DNA from: Eledone cirrhosa
Lineage: Eukaryota
DNA length: 64,000 nt
Assembly (NCBI GenBank): GCA_964016885.1
Contig: OZ024743.1
Coordinates: 61,380,001-61,444,000 of the forward strand
Direction of reading: 5' to 3'
The position numbers and the translations under genes were made by a program. Shown in pieces: positions 13,254-24,576 of this stretch. Below the pieces are notes generated by a model. That model searched no databases. It was not told where the DNA came from and worked only from the letters and a program-made list of their open reading frames with translations. Position 1 is the stretch's first letter; each line of letters opens with the position of its first letter.

Positions 13254-14168
13254 CACCCATATAGACATGTATATATATGTGTGTATGAGTATGCATGTAG
13301 ACCAAGCTGGTGCTGCCGATTGGTGTTAATAGTGTTGTGCTGGGTGGTGTTGTAGCTGGCGAGAGAAAATATCACGACGTAGTATGTTTGCGTGTAAAGG
13401 TATCTGTCTGTTGTATAGTATGAACATATAGGGAAGCAGGATGATACCAGATATGATGCTTCTTTGGTCAGTATCCGTTTCTGTAGTAGGGATATTCTGT
13501 ACAAGAGAAAGGGTGGATGGTGGAGGAGAGGCTAGGGGGGGGGGGAGAAGGAGAATTAGGCGAAGAAGGAAAATAATAGAAGGGTAGTGAGTATATTCCA
13601 TCTCATGTTGATGATGTAATTGTATACATTGTCTGTGGTGAGAAGTTTAGTTCACCTATGTTCTTGACTGCTTAGTGCAAGAATGAGAGTCAGAGTACAT
13701 AGGGTGGGGACGTGATTACAGACCTTGCTAGACATGTGAGTTTAACATGTAACTTGAAATCCTGAAGTTTGATGTCCGTAATGAAGGCGTTGGTCGATAG
13801 TGATAATTCCGGAAATTATCAGTTCTAGAGAGGAAGGATTTGGCAAGGTGTGTCGTACGAGCGTTGGTGGGCTATGTGAGATACAACATGGATGATGAGA
13901 TTAAGAGTTCACATGTATCATATTGACTAACGTAGGCGCTGTAATATACAGCGTATTGGCGGAAATAACCATTGTTTACCAGTAAAAGCAACAGTAAAAG
14001 AATGCAATAAACCTGCAATAGAATTCCTTTTAAGATGCGATATAAATGGTGGTTATTTTTAAAGAAGCTGTCAACAATTGATTCATTTAAAGTTGGGATA
14101 TATGTTGTGTAAAATGTCGGCCACGCTGGAAAGAGAATGGCAACTATGTATGTGCATGTATGTCTGTG

Positions 14169-14290
<122 letters not shown>

Positions 14291-14959
14291 CGCTTGCGTG
14301 TTTTAATCCCACGCTGTAACAAGAAATAGTGAAGAAGTAGGTGGTTAGAGTGTGGAAAAGAGAGCGAGAGAAAGAGAGAGACAGAGAGAAGGGGGTGCTG
14401 AAGGTATTCTGTTAATCCAACGCTGTAACAAATATTTATTGAAAGGAGATCATAAGAGTTTGTATGTGAATTTTCTTTTATCCCAGATGATTATTTTATT
14501 GTATATGTTTATATTTAACTTGTATATAAGACATTTAAACTATTGAATTTATCTTTAATACTCGTTAGTCGTTTCCACTCAAACCGGATCAGTTAATGTA
14601 TATAAACACTTGAATCTAAGAAAATTAATGATGGATTGAGTCGGTAAATATCATATAGTAAACTTCATTGGTCGTACAGATGTAAGAATAGTAAATTGTA
14701 TCTATATCTGTCCTGCCCTTCTTATATATACCGCACATTGGCACTATAACTTTGCAGATGATGTCCAGATATCCAAAACAGTTATCCACAGGGGATAACC
14801 TGACCTTTCGTATATACTTTAGCTTACGTTTTTTGATTTCTAGTCGACATGAATAATATAGATCCTAATGAATTGGTATTTGGAAATTCTATTCTATTTT
14901 CCAACAATGAGTGTTCCATCCTTTGAATCTTTTCTTCAGTTATTCTATATCTAGTAAAG

Positions 14960-15220
14960 GTGCGTGGCTTTGTGGTTAATGTATTCGGCCTATGTTCGTA
15001 TATCCGTGATTTCGATTGCCGGTGGAGTGTTGTGTCCTTGAGCAAGACACTTTATTTCCAGTTCCTCCAGTCCATTCAGTTACAAAAAAATATTTGTACA
15101 ATTAATTCAAAAGGACGTTTTGTCAAACACTGTCACCCTGATTCTCCCTGAGAACCAAGTTAAGGATACAAGTGTTTGTGTAATTATCAACCACTTACAC
15201 ATTAGTTTCACGAGCAGGTT
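14960..15220 (+). mobile_element. tRNA-derived SINE, family 2
   Basis: A-box-like TGGCTTTGTGG, B-box-like TTCGATT, and central GTGTCCTTGAGCAAGACACTT. Related copies at ~12390-12720, ~61255-61490, ~38800-39070 (-) and a 3' part at ~1850-1980. Confidence 0.7.
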
Positions 15221-15559
15221 ACATAAAATCCTTAATGAAAGAATGTTACATGCTTCAAAGTTATAAAATAATCAAAATTATTAATTTTTTCTCTTTCTCT
15301 CCCTTTTTAAGATGATAAGGTATGATTTTAAGAAAATTTGGCAGCTATTTTTAGCAGATCGTTTACCTGAGTGAAGGTCATAAACGAGAAAGGGAGTTAG
15401 TTACATAGTTTGGTTTCACCAGATTATTGTGTGTGTGTGTGTGTGTGTGTGTGTTTATATGCAAGGGCTGGAGCAAGGAGCTGTGCCTATGATCATTGCT
15501 AGCTCTCCGAGGCCGATATGATTGATACTGTTGATGCTTAGTCTAAATTGTTGCAGGTG

Positions 15560-16160
15560 GAGCTAGCCATCCATGTATGCATACATGTAGGCTGAATCCT
15601 ACGAGAAAAACATGTGCAAAGAGAGAATTCCAGAAGGGTGACGTTCTCCAGAAAGATTGGCAATAGTGGTTAATGAGGGACCTGGGAAGTTGAACATAAT
15701 ATATGTGATGAAAGGAGGGGAAACGAGTGGGGCGTGATCGCCTGAGTGAATGTGGTACGATTTCAGCTTGGGACAACGAGCGGTGACAACTGCAGTAGCA
15801 GTGGAAAATATAGAGAGAAGTTTGGAGGTGAGAGGCAGGAAATTGTCTCTCAATGAATTTTTTTTTATATACCAATCTTCTTGTGTTCGCGTGAGGATTT
15901 GAGGCCATTGTAGCAGGGAGTCAGCCTGTACAGAGAAACAAAAGCAATTTTAAGTGCAGGTCCGTCAAATCTGAGAAGCAAAATCATTATAATAGTAGCA
16001 TGTCATCCAGTTCCGAAGAATAGAGACCATTATAGTAGCAGGTAAACCAATTCTGAGGAGCAGGGGCAATTACAGTAGTAGCGATCTAATATTATAGATT
16101 GGCCAGACCAAGTAGTGAAGAAATAGGTGTAATGAAGTAGTGAAAGAAAGAAAAGAGGTA
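15560..16160 (-). mobile_element. Decayed CR1/Jockey-like LINE 3' fragments
   Basis: SFWRTSPFWNSLFAHVF resembles the SFFxRTxxxWNxLP terminal motif; YYYNGLYSSEL at ~16000-16040. Confidence 0.55.
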
Positions 16161-16429
16161 GGTTATACATCAGTGAATATCTATGTTAAGGTATATCTGC
16201 TGATATTTTTACCTGATTCTTATACCTGTAACATGAAACAGACCGATCGATTCTCCTATTAATTCCTAGCAACACTTTATACATACAAATACATGCACAC
16301 ACACACACACACATATATATATACAAGTATATATATATATATGTATATATATATATGTGTATATATATATATGTATATATATATGTATATATATATGTAC
16401 ATATATATATGTATATATATATGTATATA

Positions 16430-16521
<92 letters not shown>

Positions 16522-16855
16522 ATACACATATATGTGTGTGTATGCATGTGTGCTTTGATGTATGTATGAATTGAATAGTGTGTCTGTCTGACACTGTGTG
16601 TGTGTCTTTGATGATGATGGTCAACATTCCATCTGTAACGTGAGAACCAGATGAATGGGAAAATATTCAAAGTAATTCTTATTTTGTCAGCTGGAGAAAT
16701 GTTTTTACATTTATTGCTTTTATTGTTTTACTATTATTTATATCAGTCAGTAGACTGCGGTCATACTGGGGCATAATGTAGTCGATCATTCCAACACCAC
16801 TATTTAATCCATCAATTCATTTCCTGACGAACCGCTTGGCTTCAGGACATAACTG

Positions 16856-16936
<81 letters not shown>

Positions 16937-17222
16937 ACACACACACACACACATACACACACACGAGCTTCTAGAAATTCCGTCTACTAAATTCCACTCA
17001 CAGGTCAAGCCGAACCGAAGCTATAGTAGAAAATACATGCTCAAAGTTCCTCTCAAGAAGACAACTTAGAACCAACTAGTTTTGAAGCGAATTCCTTAAC
17101 CACAAACGCAGGCCTGCACACAAACACACACACTAATATGCAAATCAGGCTGATCAGTCACTGTATATTTTAGAAAATATCATATATTTTCACTAGCTCT
17201 GACAGTTGGTAGGTGAACATTA

Positions 17223-17268
17223 AACTGCACTGATGAAGTGTAATCATCCAGAAACAGGGTCTGCAGTT
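17223..17268 (+). ncRNA. Type-I hammerhead ribozyme motif with intact core
   Basis: AACTGCA-CTGATGA-agtgtaatcatcca-GAAAC-agg-GTC-TGCAGTT: 7-bp stem I, perfect core and a GUC triplet. Stem II is weak. Confidence 0.7.
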
Positions 17269-17379
17269 CTATTTTACATACCAACAAAAAAGCAAGAATG
17301 AGGGGCTCATTCTACTGACATGGCGTAAAAGAAGCTGTTTGCATAATTGCAAACAAATCGACTATTATTATTAATATTC

Positions 17380-17575
17380 GGCGGTGAATTGGCAGTATTG
17401 GTAGAGTGTCAGACATGCTTTCCAGCATAGTTACGTCCCTTTACGATCTGAGTTCAAATCCCGCCGAGGTTAACTTTGCCTTTCATCCTTACGGGGTCGA
17501 TAAAATAAAGTACCAGTAATATACTGGAATGACTGCTGGCCTTGTGCCAAAAATAGAAACCATTATTAATATTCG
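17380..17575 (+). mobile_element. tRNA-derived SINE, family 1 (Deu/Nin-like central domain), with TSD
   Basis: A box TGGCAGTATTGG, B box GAGTTCAAATCC, core GCCTTTCATCCTTACGGGGTCGATAAAAT, and 14-bp TSD ATTATTAATATTCG (17367-17380, 17562-17575). Other copies at ~6040-6260 (-), ~9215-9315, ~43615-43810 (-), ~44340-44450 (-) and ~62980-63165. Confidence 0.85.
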
Positions 17576-17598
17576 AAAAACTCAGATTACACACACAG

Positions 17599-17742
<144 letters not shown>

Positions 17743-18132
17743 TTATAAATGGAAAAATGAAATTTCATTCCTCACTCTTAGTACGGCTGATACTTAAATA
17801 TAATATAATAATTCGGGCTGTTTGATTACAAATAAACCGAGCATTATAATAAATGTTCGGTAAACACATACCTAGATATATATATGTGTGCATGTAATTA
17901 TGTATATACATACTACTGTACGTCTGTATACATATATGTATGTACGTGTAATACTTATATTTAAGTAACAGCCGTACTAAGAGTGAGAAATGAAATTTCA
18001 TTTTTTCCATTTATCGTTTTCGGTACGCCCGGCCGACTAACACACTCGATATGCAAATTAGGCTGCTCAGCCGTTAATATGCATAAGGAAAGTATATACT
18101 TTCAAACGTTCAATTGACTGACAGGAAGGTAT

Positions 18133-18175
18133 ACAGTGCTGATGGCAGCTAATAAGCTAGAAACTAGTTCATCGT
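18133..18175 (+). ncRNA. Degenerate minimal hammerhead motif
   Basis: ACAGTG-CTGATGG-c-AGCT aata AGCT-a-GAAAC-TA-GTT-CATCGT, with palindromic AACTAGTT. A9 is changed to G. Confidence 0.5.
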
Positions 18176-18389
18176 TCCGTTGTCAGTGTTGAACAAAATG
18201 GCAACGATGGTTGCGGAACACTGTACAGCTAATAATTCGGGCTGTGATTACAAATAAACCGAGCATTATAATAAATGTTCGGTAAACACATACGTACATA
18301 TATATATATATGTATGTATATACATACTACTGTACGTCTGTATACATATATGTATGTACGTATACACACATAGATATATATATATATAT

Positions 18390-18513
18390 AGCGAAGATTT
18401 CATATAGAAAAAGGTTTCTACAGGTCTAGAACTGTTTTATTCGTATAAAATCATCACATCTGAATGAAACAGTTCTACTCTTGTAGAAGCCTTTTCTATA
18501 TTAAATCTTCGCT
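18390..18513. repeat. Diverged hairpin (~52-bp arms) next to (TA)n
   Basis: AGCGAAGATTT..TAGAACTGTTTTATTC pairs with GAATGAAACAGTTCTA..AAATCTTCGCT. Confidence 0.8.
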
Positions 18514-19045
18514 GTCCTCCCTCTACATGTGTATTGAGTACCTAATTTACTGTGATTTCCAGCGATTCTACACACACACACACACAACACACACACACGG
18601 CACACATATATATATATATATATCTCTCTCTATATATATATTTAAATAGGGAGAACAGACCAGGCGGTATGCTGTATATTATATGATAGTTTCAAAAAAA
18701 CATGGCATGACTAAATCTTTAGAATATAAATCCAAATAGGAATATAAAACAAACAAGATAATGACAATGGAAAAAAAATCAACAGATAAACGGACAGTCC
18801 CATCTCCCCAGTCGACTTCTGGAAATCACTACGTCTTCGGTACGTTAAAGTCGTCGTCACCGTTCATCCCAGTACACTTTGGGCATACATAACAGGTAGA
18901 GACAAGTTATGCCTATAGGCAAATTACACAAATAAAGAGTGTGCAAGAGCTTAGCCAAAGGAAAAAATATGGAGCACAGCCCGTGCGGCATAATGTCTAT
19001 TGTATGATAGTTTCAAAACAAATCCCGCATCACTCAAGTATATAC

Positions 19046-19118
<73 letters not shown>

Positions 19119-19358
19119 GAATTTAGGAGCAGTTTGGGTATGATACATTTTATTACTAATTATATCTAAATGTTTCTTCTCTCTTCATAATGTATTTTTA
19201 ACTCTGATACTGGTTCAGTCTGGTTCAAACTGAATTGGTCTGTCCCAGTCATTCATTGAGCAACATCGGTGAAGTTGGCACCCTTAACTCACAGTTGGGT
19301 GCGGATGCATTCATGTATATATGTGTGTGTCCGCATGTATCTGTGTGTTTCTAAATAT

Positions 19359-19422
<64 letters not shown>

Positions 19423-19624
19423 CAGGATGGATTCAGTTTGAAACTCTTTAGACCATTCTTCAATAGAACACACGATACGACGGCTGAGCTCTTGCCATTT
19501 CAACAGATAGTACCAGACTATATATATGTTAATTGCTCTGGTTTCTTCTTAGTCCATTGAGCGCTTGCCGGCAAATCTCGAAGATTGTGTCTCGTTTTGT
19601 TTTGACCACCGCTGAAATTAAATT

Positions 19625-19675
<51 letters not shown>

Positions 19676-19821
19676 ATACTTTGGGAGGGTCATGTTGCCA
19701 ATAAGAAACACACGCACCAGTTGCTTTCACTTCAATTTATTATAATAAATTTATAAATTTAGGAATTTATAAATTTCCGGTTGGTTGGTTGGTTCCACAA
19801 CCAGATGATTGTTTATATATT

Positions 19822-19864
19822 GTCAAAGTTCTTTCGTCACACATTCTGTGACCTCTTCAGTGAC
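19822..19864 (-). ncRNA. Hammerhead ribozyme motif in the PLE1 3' UTR
   Basis: Reverse complement of 22162-22204. Confidence 0.75.
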
Positions 19865-20064
19865 TGGGGATTCTTTTCTTTGTTTTTTGTGCCTCTCCTT
19901 TGTTCTGTCCTACGCCATCTTGTTTTTGTGTGTGTTATGTGCTTAGTTTGCACATGTGTTACATCCGGATCTCTGTGTGTGTTTATATTTGTTTATTTAT
20001 TTGTTTATTTACATGTTACTGGTTGGTTGCTTGTTCTATGTGCGTGTGTGTTTTCATTTTGTCC

Positions 20065-21585
20065 TTACTTGTAAGTTGTGATGTTGCTGTTCCATTCATG
20101 TTTTCTATTTAATTTTGGTTGGAGTTCATTTATGTTTATTGCCTCTGTGATTTGTCTAAACATTGCGTCTTTTCTGTGTGTAGATTCTATTTTTATTTCT
20201 ATGTTCTCTAATTTACCCTTTTGTTCTATTTTAGCATGTTGGTAGAGTACAGATGATTCTTTACTATCTTGAAGGTCTCGCCAGTGTTCATTTATCCGTT
20301 CCCCTATACTAAGAGCTATCTCACCTATGTACACTATATTCTTATCTCTACATTGTCCTTCAGTACATCTTATGCTATATACTACATTTCTAGTTTTACA
20401 GTTAATATTGGGGCTTAATTTACAGATTATACATTTCTTATCTATACAGGGAGGTCTTTGAAAAGGGTATGTATTGCTAATAAGTGTTTTTATGGAGGTA
20501 CCTGATCTTTCTACTATCTTAATATTGAGTTTATGTTTATCTAGGGCCCTTCTAAATTTGTAAGCTAACTCACCTCTAGGGTTGTATCGATGAACATTAC
20601 ACTCTGGTATTTATTGCTATCATACCATGAGTTTATTCTATTAACCTTATTCCTAGTTCTTTCTATTCTATTCCAAAATTTGCTCCTATACAAGTGGCAG
20701 GTCCCATTTGTGTCATTATTTACCATTTTTTCCCATTTGGTTCTGGCTCCTCTATATACTCTGATTTTATCTCTCTGATTGTAACCAGAGTACTGCATAC
20801 GGTGGATGAAGTGTTGTATGTGTCTCTCTAGTTCTTTGGGGTTGCACATGAGGGACACGTTTATAATCACCCGTACCAAATCCGCAATCAGTATGTTGAT
20901 TTTGGTATGGTCCGAAACAGCTGAGTTTCGGTGGATCAGATGTTTGGAAGTCATGGGTTTGGCATAATGGGAATGGAGGATTTGTTTTTTGTTATTAATG
21001 GTATCTAACCAGAGCTCTGTGTCTAGTACAGGTAATCGATGGTTGGGGTGTTTGCTTGGGTAGTCTATAGTAACTCTAATACTCTGGTGGATGGAGTTAG
21101 CTATTTGCTGGATGCTTTCCATGGTGTTTTTCTCTAATTCCTGACTGTTCTCTAGTGGGGGTGTTTTTACTACGATGTTTATATCATCAACGTAGCGGGA
21201 GTACATTATCAGGGTTAAGGGGTTGCTGTCTTCTAATTGTTCTTTAAGTTTAAGTTTAAGTCTATTGTCCCACCATACCATGAATAGGTTAGCTATGTCA
21301 CCTGCAATGCTAACACCAATGGCTGCTCCCTCCTCTTGGGCATATTTTTTACCATTAAATTTGAACATATGTTCTTTAAGGGTTAATTTTATGCTGGCCC
21401 CCACCGCATGTGCAATCATTTCCTTTAGTTCATCGTGGTTTTCGGGGGTCCGTATGGCCCTGGTCAACCCGTTCCATCTATCCGTGTGGGTTTTCTTGGC
21501 CATTGAGGTAATGGTAGGTGGTCTGCCTCTTGCTGGTATTGTAGGGCACAGGTTATTAAGGCCATATGTATCTAGATAATCATTA
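20065..21585 (-). pseudogene. PLE reverse transcriptase + GIY-YIG endonuclease, 5'-truncated, one frameshift near 20575
   Basis: RT motifs QEEGAAIG, YSRYVDD and LPVLD; linker CIDKKCIIC (Cx4CxxC, Neptune-like); endonuclease NVVYSIRC..VYIGE..RINEH..HAKIE..RQITEAINI..LNRKHEW. Confidence 0.93.
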
Positions 21586-21594
21586 CTATATATA

Positions 21595-21961
21595 TATAAT
21601 CTGTAAATTAAGCCCCAATATTAACTGTAAAACTAGAAATGTAGTATATAGCATAAGATGTACTGAAGGACAATGTAGAGATAAGAATATAGTGTACATA
21701 GGTGAGATAGCTCGTAGTATAGGGGAACGGATAAATGAACACTGGCGAGACCTTCAAGATAGTAAAGAATCATCTGTACTCTACCAACATGCTAAAATAG
21801 AACATAAGTGTAAATTAGAGAACATAGAAATAAAAATAGAATCTACACACAGAAAAGACGCAATGTTTAGACAAATCACAGAGGCAATAAACATAAATGA
21901 ACTCCAACCAAAATTAAATAGAAAACATGAATGGAACAGCAACATCACAACTTACAAGTAA
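21595..21961 (+). pseudogene. Inverted copy of the PLE1 GIY-YIG domain
   Basis: The ORF 21566-21961 translation matches the minus-strand endonuclease except ARS/ALS and HKC/QKG. Confidence 0.9.
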
Positions 21962-22161
21962 GGACAAAATGAAAACACACACGCACATAGAACAAGCAAC
22001 CAACCAGTAACATGTAAATAAACAAATAAATAAACAAATATAAACACACACAGAGATCCGGATGTAACACATGTGCAAACTAAGCACATAACACACACAA
22101 AAACAAGATGGCGTAGGACAGAACAAAGGAGAGGCACAAAAAACAAAGAAAAGAATCCCCA

Positions 22162-22204
22162 GTCACTGAAGAGGTCACAGAATGTGTGACGAAAGAACTT
22201 TGAC
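22162..22204 (+). ncRNA. Hammerhead ribozyme motif in the inverted PLE1 pLTR
   Basis: GTCA-CTGAAGA-g-GTCACA gaatg TGTGAC-GAAAG-aa-CTT-TGAC: 4-bp stem I, 6-bp stem II, minimal stem III and a CUU triplet, ~200 nt after the stop codon. Confidence 0.75.
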
Positions 22205-22434
22205 AATATATAAACAATCATCTGGTTGTGGAACCAACCAACCAACCGGAAATTTATAAATTCCTAAATTTATAAATTTATTATAATAAATTGAAGTGAA
22301 AGCAACTGGTGCGTGTGTTTCTTATTGGCAACATGACCCTCCCAAAGTATAACAATATCGGTTTCAACACACATTTTCAGATAAAGAATCTTGCTAAACA
22401 AATTCAGAAACGAAATATATATATATATATATAT

Positions 22435-23705
22435 ATTTACTAAAATAACAGATTAAAGTTTAAGCAAAGAATTGCTGCTTTCACCCTTAACGGGATCTTC
22501 AGAATCTAACAAAGTTAATCTGTGAACGCAGAAGTGAATATTTCAAAAAACGTTGCAACCGGAGGAAGACAGGCAGACGATACTTTGGTTCGTGGAAACG
22601 TTCCCTGGCAAAGAACGTGAAAAAACGAATATAATACGTCATTATTTGGAGCGGTGAAAAACAATTACACGCAAAGACAAAACCACGTTTGTGGTATAAA
22701 AGAAGTCGTAGACTAATATTCTCTTAGGTGGTTCATAGAGACGTTCTCTGGCAATGAACGAAAAAAACGAAGATAATACGTTATATGTGGAGCGTGGAGA
22801 ACAATTGCACGCAAAGACAAAACCACGTAAATGGTATAACTGAAGTCGTAGACTAAAATTCTAACTAGGAAACCGAATGATTCTCGGCTTCAGAGTTAAG
22901 AATAAAGTAAATAAAATACAGAGGTAATTGAAATTAAATAAATACATACACGCATCCATATACGTACATACACAAGCATACGCGAAAACACTCGCCATAG
23001 GTATACAAATACACGCACATATAAATATGTGTGTGTGTGTGAATGCGTGTGTGTGTGTGTGCGTGTATACAAATAATTAAATAAACGTATATAAATAAAT
23101 AAATACGTATATAACAAGCGCACACACATACCTACATGTAAATACATATATGTTCGGAGACGACGTCAACCAAAACACGAAGTACATATATACACACACC
23201 CTACATACGTACGAACCCGCTACTCACACAGACGCAAAACTCACGTATACACATAACCAAAAGCATATGTACCAGTATATATATAATATACGCCATAACA
23301 TATACAATCAAATATACGTACGAGAAAGTATACGTACCTTCACAAAACATACAGGTAATATATACTTACCTATGCAAATAAGTAATGGTATAAACATAAC
23401 ATATACTTAGCTACCACATCAAGACGTAAAATATCCGCGTATAGATCGTACTATCCGTTAGGGTAATACAGGAAAGTTTTGTGCAATTTATGTTTACAAG
23501 CCGAAATTGCCTCAGATTTTTTGTTTAAGATGTGGTCTGTGGCGTGGAGTATTTCCAGGGCCTCAGCGGCGCAGAGGTCACATGGTCTTTTATTTCCGTT
23601 ATACGATCTAGCCCAAGCTAGGATCTCCCAGTGTAACTTATATTGGGTGTGGTTGTCTTTTAGACTCCAGATATAAGCTGAAAGTGACGTCATATTCCTT
23701 CTTAA
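22435..23705 (-). mobile_element. PLE 3' fragment, family N copy 1 (endonuclease C-terminus + ~1-kb 3' UTR with an internal ~143-bp tandem duplication)
   Basis: TSLSAYIWSLK..WEIL..ARSY..CDLC..E..I..LNKKSE..CKH resembles a Naiad-type PLE endonuclease tail. Homologous to 46615-47750. Duplicated units at ~22587-22729 and ~22730-22869; HHR-like CTGAAGA-T-CCC gttaa GGG-T-GAAAG at ~22470-22505 (-). Confidence 0.75.
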
Positions 23706-23929
23706 CCACCAGAGCCAAAAAAGCGAACAAGCTAAACGGGTCAAACAAAATAAGATATGATATATATATATATATATATATATATACCTATAATGATCAT
23801 TTGCCCTCCTTTTTCTGATTTTGAAAGCATAAGTATCTATATTTTATAGTTTTGTTTTTGTTGCTTTTTTGCATAATCATCAAAACTACCACTATTAAGA
23901 ACATCTCCATAACCACTACCTCCCCCGGT

Positions 23930-24153
23930 ATACACCACTACCATTCCCACTACCACAACTAAGATACACCAGTGATAGTGGTGGCGATTATTGTTGTGCT
24001 GGTCGCAGTCCTGGTGATGGCTTTGGTGATGGTGGTTGTGATGGTGGTTGTGGTGGTGGTAATGGTGGGGTTGGTGGTGGTGGTGTTGGTGGTAGTGATG
24101 ATGGTGGTGGTGGTGGTGGTGGTAGTGGTGGTGGTTGTGGTAATGCTGCTGCT
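23930..24153. repeat. (GGT)n / (CAC)n trinucleotide tract
   Basis: Imperfect GGT/GTG repeat that gives the poly-His and poly-Val ORFs. Confidence 0.9.
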
Positions 24154-24576
24154 GATATTGGCCGCGTTCTTTCTGCAGTTTCCTACTACCGAATTCCATG
24201 GTCAAAACCGTTTCATCCATGAAAATCCTGCGTTTTGATTCGTTTTGTGTATGTTTTATATTTTTGAGTTTTTTTTTGTTTTTGTTTTGTTGTTACTTTT
24301 TACAAGTATCATGTATGCAGCACTTCATCATTAATGTATTACTAGATATAATCATTTTAAGATGTTAGAGTGTGATGAAAGGGAAATTTGATTGTTATTA
24401 CTTAGAAATCGGTCCGATTGATAACGTAGAGGTCATCCCTTCATTCATTCGATATAATCGTGGTTGTTGTTTAGCTCCATGTCATCTCTGATTAAGCAGT
24501 TTTATGATCAAAGTATTTTCAATCCTGCCGTACCAATTCCGTACTTTTTATTTGAGCAGGAGACTATGGACTATAA

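Larger units (their letters stand above)
19668..22358 (-). mobile_element. Penelope-like element 1: 5'-truncated, with a 764-bp inverted 3'-end copy (pLTR)
   Basis: 19668-20431 is the reverse complement of 21595-22358. RT and GIY-YIG lie on the minus strand, and the left end runs into (TA)n. Confidence 0.95.

Noticed and set aside
13310-13990. Possible PLE endonuclease remnant on the minus strand
   Set aside because: Composition is suggestive but I could not read a convincing motif.
17380-17470. tRNA gene candidate (A and B boxes)
   Set aside because: It continues into a multi-copy SINE body with a TSD, and no full cloverleaf is evident.
18648-19038. Diverged ~70-bp direct repeats (~18648-18718, ~18970-19038)
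   Set aside because: Only two old copies with no HHR or other diagnostic; not CRISPR-like.
23690-23710. Apparent shared 5' breakpoint of the two family N copies
   Set aside because: The copy at 47700 continues in frame (QRLYMHTHSF), so only this copy is truncated here.
23837-24238. Poly-His ORF (-) and a candidate exon after TTCTTTCTGCAG at 24179 (+)
   Set aside because: Driven by the trinucleotide repeat. The short unique part has no recognisable homology and needs RNA-seq.
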